57,844 bases of DNA from Chitinophaga pinensis (lineage in GTDB: Bacteria > Bacteroidota > Bacteroidia > UKL13-3), in assembly GCA_945873755.1 (NCBI GenBank), contig CAMCEM010000004.1, forward strand, positions 1 to 57,844, given 5' to 3'. A program made the translations under genes and the position numbers. The notes under the pieces were generated by a model, which searched no databases, was not told the DNA's origin, and saw nothing but the letters and a program-made list of their open reading frames with translations. Positions 19,201-27,785 of the stretch are shown piece by piece. The number at the start of each line of letters is the position of its first letter. Within the stretch, counting starts at the first letter, position 1.

Positions 19201-20733
19201 TTACTTTTTTTTAAAATAAGTATTTGGACTTGAAATAGTAGTTTTTTTATCGATTGTAATATTTTGGTGAGGAGCCATTTCTATAAACTCATCTATTACT
19301 TCTATTATATCTAAATCAATAAACAATGCACCCGAACCATCAATGATTACATATGCCCCTTTGGGTATTTTTTCTAAATGGTTTCTAAGAACTGCTTTAT
19401 ATACAAATGAAACATTTCCTTTTAGTTTTATTAAATAATTTTCATTGTCTTTAATTAATGTAATGGTACGTTTATAACTATTTTTTACTATAAAATAAAT
19501 AGACACACATAAACCAACCAAAACCCCAATTAATAAATCGGTAAAAACTATGGCAATAACTGTAAGAATAAATGGTAAAAATTGAGAAAATCCTTTACCA
19601 AATATATTTTTATATAATGATGGCTTAGTTAGTTTATAGCCAACAAATAACAATAAAATAGCTAAGCTTGATAATGGAATTTGATTTAAGAATTTAGTAA
19701 ATAAAAGTACACAAACCAACAAAAGCAAACCGTGTAAAATAGCTGATACTTTGCTTTTGGCACCTGCAACTATATTTGCACTGCTACGAACAATAACTGC
19801 AGTTACAGGTAAGCCACCAAATAAAGCTGATGCAGAGTTTCCAATTCCTTGGGCTACCAATTCTTTACTAGTTGGTGTTATTCGTTTAAAAGGGTCTAAC
19901 TTATCGGTTGCTTCTATGCTTAACAATGTTTCTAAACTTGCTACAATTGCAATTTTAAATGCAATTATTATAACACCAAACTCTGCCATCCGAGAAAAGT
20001 TAGGTGAGTTAAAATTTTTACTATCAATTAAATTGGGTATTTGCACCAAATGCTCGCTTTCTAAAGCATAATTAGGAAAGAAATTATTAATTAAAACACT
20101 GCTTAAAGTTCCTAATAATACTGCTAATAACGATACTGGAACTAACTTAAATAGTTTATATTTTTTTAATTTAGTATATTCACCTAAAAACAGAATTGAA
20201 AAGGTAATTAAAGCAATAATAATAGCAGTAGTATTAAATCTGTCAAAAATATTTAATAGCTCGCTAAAAGTATTTTGATGATCGAGTTGATTAAATGATT
20301 CATCCCCTTCAAAATCTACATCGTACCCAACCGCATGAGGCAATTGTTTAAAAATTAAAATAATGCCAATTGCAGCCAACATTCCTTTAATAACTGATGA
20401 GGGAACAAAATTTCCTATAATTCCTGCTCCTAAAAAACCAATAATAATTTGAATAATTCCAGCAATTAACAAAGCTGATAAAAATAAATCGAAACTACCT
20501 AACACTTGAATTGAAGTTAAAACTATAGTAGTTAATCCGGCTGCGGGACCACTCACACTCGTATGTGAACCACTAATTAATCCAACAATTATTCCACCAA
20601 AAATACCTGAAATTATTCCTGAAGCAAGTGGCGCACCTGATGCCAATGAAATACCTAAACACAATGGTAAAGCTACAAAAAAAACTACTATTGATGCAGA
20701 TAAGTCGGCTACAAAATTTTCTTTTTTAAACAT
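19201..20733 (-). CDS. SulP-family anion (bicarbonate/sulfate) transporter
   Basis: 510 aa; many TM segments followed by a C-terminal STAS-like domain. Lies directly upstream of the carbonic anhydrase. Confidence 0.85.
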   Translation of the reverse strand: MFKKENFVADLSASIVVFFVALPLCLGISLASGAPLASGIISGIFGGIIVGLISGSHTSVSGPAAGLTTIVLTSIQVLGSFDLFLSALLIAGIIQIIIGFLGAGIIGNFVPSSVIKGMLAAIGIILIFKQLPHAVGYDVDFEGDESFNQLDHQNTFSELLNIFDRFNTTAIIIALITFSILFLGEYTKLKKYKLFKLVPVSLLAVLLGTLSSVLINNFFPNYALESEHLVQIPNLIDSKNFNSPNFSRMAEFGVIIIAFKIAIVASLETLLSIEATDKLDPFKRITPTSKELVAQGIGNSASALFGGLPVTAVIVRSSANIVAGAKSKVSAILHGLLLLVCVLLFTKFLNQIPLSSLAILLLFVGYKLTKPSLYKNIFGKGFSQFLPFILTVIAIVFTDLLIGVLVGLCVSIYFIVKNSYKRTITLIKDNENYLIKLKGNVSFVYKAVLRNHLEKIPKGAYVIIDGSGALFIDLDIIEVIDEFIEMAPHQNITIDKKTTISSPNTYFKKK

Positions 20734-20924
20734 ATTCTCTTCAAATATATTGATTGGCTTCGGTAAAAAAAATGAATCCTAAATCATTATACGTTATTAC
20801 CCCTTTTAACAACCATTATTTTGCCACATCCCAACAACTATCAGAATTCACAGAAAACAAAGATTTACTTTAACACTTTGCGCTGTTTTATTCCCCACAG
20901 ATTAAGCTTACTACTCAAGCGCCA

Positions 20925-20956
20925 TTGTTGGTGTTTAAGCGAAGCGTCACCAACAA
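20925..20956. repeat. hairpin repeat family C, copy 1 (TTGTTGGTG-N14-CACCAACAA)
   Basis: ttgttggtgtttaagcgaagcgtcaccaacaa. A second copy lies at 29951..29983. Confidence 0.8.
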
Positions 20957-21284
20957 CTTTGCCACAGATTACAAAGAAAAAAAAGCCCCCCGAAGAAGCT
21001 TTAGTAAATACTTTTCCCGAATACTGTCCGTTGTTGAATCCACTGACTAACAAAAGCTATCTAAATTGTTGGTTATAGCATTTTTTTCTTCTTTCTTTTT
21101 CCATTGCTACTTCGACTCCGCTCAGTATAAATTCCAAAGAAACAAAAAAGCTAGACCATCAAAAGCTACCTCCCCGCTAGGCTTGAAGCACGGCCCGCTT
21201 GATGGTCAGGCCAACGCTCGCCACATTTTCATCAATTTAGTAAATAATTGGCATTTGAATTTTTATTTATAGCTTTTTAAAAAA

Positions 21285-21348
21285 GTGCGGGAACAATTCC
21301 CCCTTGTGAATTGGACTTGTGCGATAGCGAAGGGGGTTGGGGGATGTT
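21285..21348 (+). repeat. GC-rich repeat family A, solitary copy
   Basis: gtgcgggaacaattcccccttgtg...gcgaagggggttgggggatgtt aligns with the units at 29641..29702 and 29780..29841. It has an internal CCCCCTT/AAGGGGG stem. Confidence 0.8.
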
Positions 21349-21690
21349 TTGAAATGCCTGTTTTCCACCATTGTTGTTGTTTTAAAAAAGCTACCATTTA
21401 CTTTTTTACTTAATCAACTAATTATTAGAAAAAAAACAACATAGATTCATAGATTACATAGTTTAAACGCTACGTTTTCTATTTTTCTATGTGGTTCAAG
21501 TTTTTTAAACAAGGTCACATAGCATTGCAATATCATTTTATATTGATTTATGGTTGGTGTATCATCATCCTTAGGTATGTAAGAACTTGATAAGAATATT
21601 TTTTTTCAAAAGCATTCAACTGACAACTATCAACAAGCAACTATCAAGTAAAAAATTATAATTGCATTTAACTTAAAAATTACTAACATT

Positions 21691-22938
21691 ATGGCTATTA
21701 TAAAACCTTTTGCAGCATTGCGTCCAGCTAAAGATAAAGTTGCGCAAGTTTCGGCTCCAAGTTACGATAGTAGTTTGCGTGAACTTTCAACACATGAAAT
21801 ATTAAAAAACCCATACAGTTATTTGCATGTGGTAAAGCCTTATTTACACTTTAAAGGTGAAAAGAAAAACCCACTTAAGCATTTCCCTTTGGGCTTGGAA
21901 TATTTGAACAAATTTAAAAGTGATCAGGTTTTAATTAAAGATAAATCGCCATGTTTTTATGTATATAGAATTATAAAAGGCAGTGTGGCTTATACTTCGT
22001 TAATTGCCTCTGCTGCTATTGATGATTATAACAATAATGTAATTTTAAAACACGAAAATACACTTACCGAAAAGCAAAATGAATTGGCCGAACACATTGA
22101 GTTTTATAGTGGGTTAGGAAACCCAGTATTGCTTACTTACCCCGACAATGATGACATAGAAGAGGTAATTAACAGAACTATTTTAGGTCATGCTCCTGAA
22201 TATAATTTTATTAGTCAAGACCAATTGAAACATAATTTATGGCCTATAAGCAATGAAGCTGATTTGCTTAAAATAGAAAATGCTTTTGCAGCAATTGATA
22301 AATTATACATAGCCGATGGGCACCACAGAAGTGCTGGCTGCGCTACTTATACTGAAACCATGCGAGCTAAATATCCTAATTACAATGGCAGCGAACTATT
22401 TAATTTTTATCCTGTTTGTTTAATTCCTTTTAACAAATTATACATTTACGAATACCACAGATTAATTAAAGACGAAGTTATTGTAAACAGTGAAGATTTT
22501 TTATCGAAATTGAGTGCCTTTTTTAATATTTACCCAAGTGGACACATACCAATTCAGCCATTAAAAAATCGTGAGTTTGGCATTTATTTTAACAACGATG
22601 CATTTGTTATAAATTTAAAACCTGAATTTGAAAGTAAATTAAAAGGAACTTTAGAATTGCTTGATGTTAGCATTGTGGAAGAATTTATTCTAAAACGTAT
22701 TTTTAATATTACAGATAGTAAAACTGATAAACGCTTGAGCTTTTTGGATGGCAGCAGGGGTTTATTACCGTTACAAAGCGCTGTTGATAGTGGCGATTTT
22801 GATTTGGCAATTACTTTGTTTCCAACAAGCATAGCAGAGGTAAAGCAAATAGCAGATGAACAATTAATAATGCCTCCAAAATCGACATGGATAGAACCTA
22901 AAATAAGAACTGGATTGATTATTTATGAAACTATTTAA
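21691..22938 (+). CDS. DUF1015 family protein
   Basis: 415 aa; N-terminal MAIIKPFAALRP...SAPSYD and LYIADGHHRSA are typical of DUF1015. Confidence 0.8.
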   Translation: MAIIKPFAALRPAKDKVAQVSAPSYDSSLRELSTHEILKNPYSYLHVVKPYLHFKGEKKNPLKHFPLGLEYLNKFKSDQVLIKDKSPCFYVYRIIKGSVAYTSLIASAAIDDYNNNVILKHENTLTEKQNELAEHIEFYSGLGNPVLLTYPDNDDIEEVINRTILGHAPEYNFISQDQLKHNLWPISNEADLLKIENAFAAIDKLYIADGHHRSAGCATYTETMRAKYPNYNGSELFNFYPVCLIPFNKLYIYEYHRLIKDEVIVNSEDFLSKLSAFFNIYPSGHIPIQPLKNREFGIYFNNDAFVINLKPEFESKLKGTLELLDVSIVEEFILKRIFNITDSKTDKRLSFLDGSRGLLPLQSAVDSGDFDLAITLFPTSIAEVKQIADEQLIMPPKSTWIEPKIRTGLIIYETI

Positions 22939-22941
22939 TTT

Positions 22942-22967
22942 GGCTGCTGGCAACTAGCTTCTGGCTT
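22942..22967 (+). repeat. repeat family B (26-mer identical to 29858..29883)
   Basis: ggctgctggcaactagcttctggctt occurs twice, exactly and in the same orientation. Confidence 0.9.
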
Positions 22968-23072
22968 GGTTAAGGTTATCAAACTTTTAATGCTGCAATC
23001 AAACTTCATCGTCATCCAAATGAAGTCGAAGGACAACATTCATAATTCATTCACGCCTTGCGTGATAAAAAT

Positions 23073-23678
23073 TCAGCATTCATAATTCAAAAACTTATTA
23101 TGCAATGAAACAATTTGTTCAATAATTGAATCTTGTTCATTGTTTTTAATTTCAAAATTGGCTTTGGCTAATTTTTCTTCTTGAGTCATTTGGTTTTTCA
23201 TTCGGGCTTCCACTTCTTGCTTTGTAATATTATCACGTTGCATGGTTCGCCTTATTCTATCGTCAATTGGGGCAGTAACTACTATAAATTTATCAATATT
23301 TTTATAGCTTTCAGTTTCAAACATTAAAGCCGCTTCTTTTATAATATAAGGTGCTTTATTCTCTTTTTGTTGTAATAACCAAACATCAAAATCAGCAAAA
23401 ACTATAGGATGAACACATTGATTTAATTCTTGCAAAAGTTGTTTGTTTTCAAATACTATTTTCGAAATAAGGGTTCGGTTCAATGTTCCTTTCTCAGTAT
23501 AACTTTCGTTTCCAAAAAGTAATTTTACTTTACTAATAATTGTAGCATTGGTTACCATAAGGTATTTAGCCCTTTCATCAGCATTATAAATTGGAACACC
23601 TAGTTGATTAAATATTTTACATATAATTGATTTACCTGAACCTATACTACCTGTAACACCTATTTTTAACATATTCAA
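23073..23678 (-). CDS. coaE: dephospho-CoA kinase
   Basis: 201 aa; P-loop IGVTGSIGSGKS at the N-terminus. Confidence 0.85.
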   Translation of the reverse strand: MNMLKIGVTGSIGSGKSIICKIFNQLGVPIYNADERAKYLMVTNATIISKVKLLFGNESYTEKGTLNRTLISKIVFENKQLLQELNQCVHPIVFADFDVWLLQQKENKAPYIIKEAALMFETESYKNIDKFIVVTAPIDDRIRRTMQRDNITKQEVEARMKNQMTQEEKLAKANFEIKNNEQDSIIEQIVSLHNKFLNYEC

Positions 23679-23852
23679 ATTAAATAAAAAATGGTTTGAT
23701 TTTGATTATTAAGTAATATTTATTTTAAAACAAATTGACACCTTATAAAAGATTTATTTTAATTTAAGGAAAACCAAAATTGAAACTCCATAGGAGTTTA
23801 ATATAAATATCCATCAGTGAAATTGATGATGTTATAGACAAATTAATAATAC

Positions 23853-23909
23853 AAAACCCCGAAAATCTTCACGAACGCCAAATGCATTTATGAAGATTTT
23901 CGGGGTTTT
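23853..23909 (-). terminator. long perfect hairpin downstream of yajC
   Basis: aaaaccccgaaaatcttca (23853..23871) pairs perfectly with tgaagattttcggggtttt (23891..23909). That is a 19 bp stem flanked by A/T runs on both sides. Confidence 0.65.
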
Positions 23910-24028
23910 GAGAAGAGGTTTACGATCATTTTTTCAACGGGTTAAACCAGTTGCTATGATAAAAACATTCTTATGTAACGCTTTAATTTATAAATTAGCT
24001 TTTGACTATTTTATAAATACAATTGGTA

Positions 24029-24352
24029 TTACTTAGTTTCTTCTTTTTTTGCAGGATTAAGCGCTACAGTTGCTTCCATGCTTACTGCACTTCTGTTAAT
24101 TCTTAATTTTGTTCCTTCACTTTCAATAATTAGGTAGGTTTCGTTAACTTCAGTTACTTTAGCTTGTATGCCACCTAAAGTTACTATTTTGTCGCCTTTA
24201 GCTATCGAATCAACTAATTTTTTCTGCTCTTTTTGTTTCTTCATTTGAGGTCGAATCATAAAGAAATAAAAAATTGCAATCATTGGAACAAAAAATATCA
24301 ATTGTTCCCATCCGCCACCTTTTGCAGCCGTTTGTAATAATGTAAAATTCAT
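24029..24352 (-). CDS. yajC: preprotein translocase subunit YajC
   Basis: 107 aa; single TM segment, then FFMIRPQMKKQKE...GDKIVTLGGI. Confidence 0.85.
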   Translation of the reverse strand: MNFTLLQTAAKGGGWEQLIFFVPMIAIFYFFMIRPQMKKQKEQKKLVDSIAKGDKIVTLGGIQAKVTEVNETYLIIESEGTKLRINRSAVSMEATVALNPAKKEETK

Positions 24353-24379
24353 GTTTGTGTTTATTTTTTTTATTGGTTG

Positions 24380-24859
24380 TTAATGTGTGTTTGGTTTTAC
24401 TTGTTCTCCACTTTTTGGCGTTACTTCTCCTTTTACAAGTAAAGCAGTATTGGTAGGTGTTGTATTTGCGGTAACCGTTACCGATTTCTCGGCATGGTTA
24501 GGTTTACCCTCGCTATTAAAAGTTACATCTATTTCGCCCGATGCTCCTGGTGCTATTGGTTCTTTTGGCCAACTAGGTACTGTGCAACCACAACTTGCAT
24601 TAGCACTTGTTATTAGTAATGGATTTTTACCTGTGTTCTTAAATTTAAATTTGTGGTTAACTATATCACCTTCTTTAATAGTTCCAAAATCATAAATGTT
24701 TTGATCAAATGTAATTTCAGTTACATTGGTATTTTCGGCATTTGGATTTTCTGGCGATGCAGGGTTGTTTACTAAATCAGTTCCTGCTTGGCTGCCACTG
24801 TTGCTATTTCCGCACGAAATAGCCATTAAAATAATTGTTGAAATAAAAAACTTTTTCAT
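24380..24859 (-). CDS. DUF1573 domain lipoprotein
   Basis: Lipoprotein signal ending ISC; YDFGTIKEGDIVNHKFKFKNTGKNPLLI...ASCGCTVPSWPKEPI. Confidence 0.8.
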   Translation of the reverse strand: MKKFFISTIILMAISCGNSNSGSQAGTDLVNNPASPENPNAENTNVTEITFDQNIYDFGTIKEGDIVNHKFKFKNTGKNPLLITSANASCGCTVPSWPKEPIAPGASGEIDVTFNSEGKPNHAEKSVTVTANTTPTNTALLVKGEVTPKSGEQVKPNTH

Positions 24860-24882
24860 GTATAATTTATAATTTTTAAATG

Positions 24883-25827
24883 TTATTCTACTAAGCCTCT
24901 TCCAGTTTTCAAAATTTTATTTTGCTCTCTTAATCCTATTTGTATTTTATCTAAAACACCATTCATAAATGTATGGCTGTTGGGACTGCTGTATAATTTA
25001 GCTATTTCTAAATACTCATTGATACTTACTTTAACAGGTATTTGATTAAAATTTAATATTTCGCAAGTAGCCATTTTCATTAAAAGCATATCAACTGTTG
25101 CAATTCTATCAGCATCCCAGTTTTGAGTTTTAACTGCTATTAAGTTAGTTAGTTCATCATCTTGCTCCAATGTGTTTAAAAACAAATCAGATACAAATTG
25201 TGTGTCTTCCGCTTTATCGTTGTAAAATCCTGGCAGTATTTCGGCTTTTTTATTTTGTTTAATAGAAGAAAGTGTTTTTTGAAATGCAATTAAAACCATC
25301 ACGTCATCATCTTCCCAATTTATAAAATGCTCTTCTAAATAATGATTAAAAACTTCACTATCTGCAATCAACGATTCTATAATTTCAAGTATAATTTGTT
25401 TTTCGGCAAATACTGAAGAATCGCCTTCTTTTGATGCAATTAAAAGAGTATCAATTACTTTTAATTCTGCCAATATTTGTCTGAAAAAAGAAGAACTATC
25501 TGTCCAATCTATTTTTTGATTCTTTATTTTTTCTTGTAAAAATGTATCGTTTTCAAATAATTCAATCACTGCATTATTGTACAATACTTCTAAAAAAGCC
25601 AACTGTTCTGGCTGTGGAATATGTTTGGTATGCTGGTACTCAATTTCTTTACCAATAAAAAACTTAAATTCAATTAAAAACGACAGTAGAAAAACATACA
25701 CTTCATATGCTTTGTCAAGCGATTTTAATAAGTTTTTTTGAGCTATAGTTCTACTTATTGATTGATCTTGCTTGTAAGCATACAATGCTTGAAAAGTTTT
25801 TATTCTTAAAAATCGTCTAAATAGCAT
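24883..25827 (-). CDS. nusB: transcription antitermination factor NusB (long Bacteroidota form)
   Basis: 314 aa; N-terminal RIKTFQALYAY. The C-terminal NusB core is DRIATVDMLLMKMATCE...EYLEIAKLYSSPNSHTFMNGVLDKI. Confidence 0.75.
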   Translation of the reverse strand: MLFRRFLRIKTFQALYAYKQDQSISRTIAQKNLLKSLDKAYEVYVFLLSFLIEFKFFIGKEIEYQHTKHIPQPEQLAFLEVLYNNAVIELFENDTFLQEKIKNQKIDWTDSSSFFRQILAELKVIDTLLIASKEGDSSVFAEKQIILEIIESLIADSEVFNHYLEEHFINWEDDDVMVLIAFQKTLSSIKQNKKAEILPGFYNDKAEDTQFVSDLFLNTLEQDDELTNLIAVKTQNWDADRIATVDMLLMKMATCEILNFNQIPVKVSINEYLEIAKLYSSPNSHTFMNGVLDKIQIGLREQNKILKTGRGLVE

Positions 25828-25918
25828 AGCTATTATTTTTGTTTGTAAGCTAATTTAAATTTATAAGTAAGTTAGGTTTAGCAATACAATTTTTTAAAAT
25901 TACCTAAAGAACTTTTTT

Positions 25919-25955
25919 GAAACAACAAGTAATAAAAATTATTACTTGTTGTTTT
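25919..25955. terminator. 14-15 bp perfect hairpin 10 nt downstream of the dehydrogenase stop
   Basis: aacaacaagtaata (25921..25934) pairs with tattacttgttgtt (25940..25953). The T-run lies on the plus-strand side, so orientation is ambiguous. Confidence 0.45.
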
Positions 25956-25965
25956 TATTATTTTA

Positions 25966-27033
25966 TTAATAAGTAGAACCTACACGCATTATATCATGAA
26001 TACGCTTTTCGGCTAATTCAGTAGCAGCTTTTTGAGTATGTACTTTATCTGCAATCGATTTTTTAAAGATAGCTAAAGTAGTATCATAAATTTTTTCGGT
26101 GTTACTAAATGCTGTTTCGCGGTTATAACCAATATGTTCTTGATAAACATTAATTAATCCACCTGCATTTATTAAAAAATCGGGCGCATAAGCAATTCCT
26201 TTATCCATTAACATTGGTCCATGAATATTTTCATCAGCCAACTGATTGTTTGCTGCCCCAGCAATTACCTTGCATCTTAATTTGTTTATATTTACCGAGT
26301 CTAAAATAGCACCCAATGCACATGGAGCAAATACATCCACGTCTAAGCCATAAATATCATCGCCACTTACTACAGTTGCGCCAAATTCTTTACTGTATTT
26401 TTTTAGGGTATCTTCGTTTATATCTGTAATAAACAACTCAGCTCCTTCTTTATGCAAGTATTCAATTAAATGGCCACCTACTTTTCCAATTCCTTGTACC
26501 GCTATTTTTTTACCAGCTAAACTATCAGAACCAAAAACATGGTTTACAGCTGCTTTCATGCCTACAAATACACCATAAGCAGTAACAGGACTAGGATCTC
26601 CTCCTCCTCCCATGCTTTCAGGTAAACCTACCACATGGTCTGTTTCCATGTTTACATATTCCATATCGCGGGTAGTGGTGTTTACATCTTCGGCAGTAAT
26701 GTATTTACCATTCAAATTTTCAACAAAACGGCCAAACTTACGCATTAACGCTTCGGTTTTAAGGGTTTTGGCATCGCCAATAATTACTGCTTTAGCACCT
26801 CCTAAATTTAATCCAGAAATGGATGCTTTGTAAGTCATTCCCCTACTTAAACGCAACACATCGTTAACTGCATCGGCCTCGCTAGTATAATTCCAAACAC
26901 GCGTTCCTCCTAAGCCAGGACCTAAAACTGTATTGTGGATTGCTATAATAGCCTTTAATCCAGTGTATTCATCCTGACAAAATACTATTTGTTCATGATC
27001 GTGTTTTTGTAATTGTGCAAAAATATCTGACAT
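25966..27033 (-). CDS. Leu/Val/Phe-type amino-acid dehydrogenase
   Basis: The start was trimmed to MSDIFAQL (27033). LGPGLGGTRVW, catalytic-Lys region GGAKAVI, and Rossmann motif VQGIGKVGG. Confidence 0.85.
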   Translation of the reverse strand: MSDIFAQLQKHDHEQIVFCQDEYTGLKAIIAIHNTVLGPGLGGTRVWNYTSEADAVNDVLRLSRGMTYKASISGLNLGGAKAVIIGDAKTLKTEALMRKFGRFVENLNGKYITAEDVNTTTRDMEYVNMETDHVVGLPESMGGGGDPSPVTAYGVFVGMKAAVNHVFGSDSLAGKKIAVQGIGKVGGHLIEYLHKEGAELFITDINEDTLKKYSKEFGATVVSGDDIYGLDVDVFAPCALGAILDSVNINKLRCKVIAGAANNQLADENIHGPMLMDKGIAYAPDFLINAGGLINVYQEHIGYNRETAFSNTEKIYDTTLAIFKKSIADKVHTQKAATELAEKRIHDIMRVGSTY

Positions 27034-27189
27034 AATTTTGGGTTTAAAAGGCTGCAAAAGTAAATTTATTTTCCATATTTCATAATACCTTAAACTATTA
27101 CTTTTAAAACACATTATCAACCTCAATTTTTTTAGCATTTCAATTGGCTTCATCAACTATTTTATTGTTATATTTTATATATTTGACAA

Positions 27190-27372
27190 ATGATTAAGCA
27201 TGTTAAAAAATTTAATTTAGGGGAAGAACCAGAAACTGATTTGGAATATTGGCTTACCAAAACACCAATTGAAAGATTAGCAGCACTCGAAAAAATGAGA
27301 CAGAATTATATAACGTTTTTTTTAAATGGAAATAAGCCACGATTTCAAAGAATTTATACAGTTGTTAAATAA
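27190..27372 (+). CDS. small conserved protein, candidate partner of the downstream nucleotidyltransferase
   Basis: 60 aa; the ...TPIERLAALEKMRQ...RFQRIYTVVK ending recurs in small Bacteroidota ORFs. Overlaps the next gene by 47 nt. Confidence 0.45.
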   Translation: MIKHVKKFNLGEEPETDLEYWLTKTPIERLAALEKMRQNYITFFLNGNKPRFQRIYTVVK

Positions 27373-27781
27373 AAACAATGTAAAATATTTAGTTGTTGGG
27401 GGTTATGCAGTAGCAATGCATGGATTTCCACGATATACTGGAGATATAGATTTTTGGATAAAACCAGAAAAGGAAAACGCTGAAAAACTTGTCAAAACTT
27501 TATTTGAATTTGGTTTTGGAAGTTTAGATATTAATATAAATGATTTTACAAAAGAAAACTCAATTGTTCAACTTGGATTTCCACCCGAAAGGATTGATTT
27601 AATTACTTCTGTTGACGGTTTATTTTTCGAAGATTGTTGGAAACATAGAAAAGAAGTTGTTACAGAAGAAATATTAATTGATTATATTTCATTGCGTCAT
27701 TTAAGAATAAATAAAGCTGCTTCAGGAAGAGATAAAGATATTTTGGATTTAAAAAATTTACCAAAAGAAAAAAATAATTAA
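27326..27781 (+). CDS. minimal nucleotidyltransferase-fold protein
   Basis: 151 aa; FKEFIQLLNKNNVKYLVVGGYAVAMHG...TGDIDFWI and C-terminal KAASGRDKDILDLKNL. Confidence 0.6.
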   Translation: MEISHDFKEFIQLLNKNNVKYLVVGGYAVAMHGFPRYTGDIDFWIKPEKENAEKLVKTLFEFGFGSLDININDFTKENSIVQLGFPPERIDLITSVDGLFFEDCWKHRKEVVTEEILIDYISLRHLRINKAASGRDKDILDLKNLPKEKNN

Positions 27782-27785
27782 ATAA

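Noticed and set aside
20821-21272. Track ORFs inside the repeat-filled gaps: 20821..21078, 20865..21053 and 21066..21272, and also 29527..29730 and 29895..30092.
   Set aside because: They are short and low-complexity, overlap each other on both strands, and coincide exactly with the GC-rich repeats. They are read-offs of repeat DNA rather than genes.
20734-21690. I searched the large intergenic gaps (also 23679..24028, 29457..30152 and 41567..41898) for tRNA, tmRNA, RNase P, SRP RNA or riboswitch signatures.
   Set aside because: I found no cloverleaf-compatible segments, no GGTTCGAATCC-type T-arms, and no conserved cores of the common structured RNAs. This cannot be excluded without an Infernal/Rfam scan.
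25966-27156. Long N-terminal extensions in the track ORFs: dehydrogenase 27034..27156, OmpA protein 12032..12109, ABC ATPase 16108..16149 and the small cargo ORF 46685..46810.
   Set aside because: The extensions lack similarity to the families, and in two cases overlap the upstream gene. In each case an internal Met gives the canonical N-terminus or a proper signal peptide.
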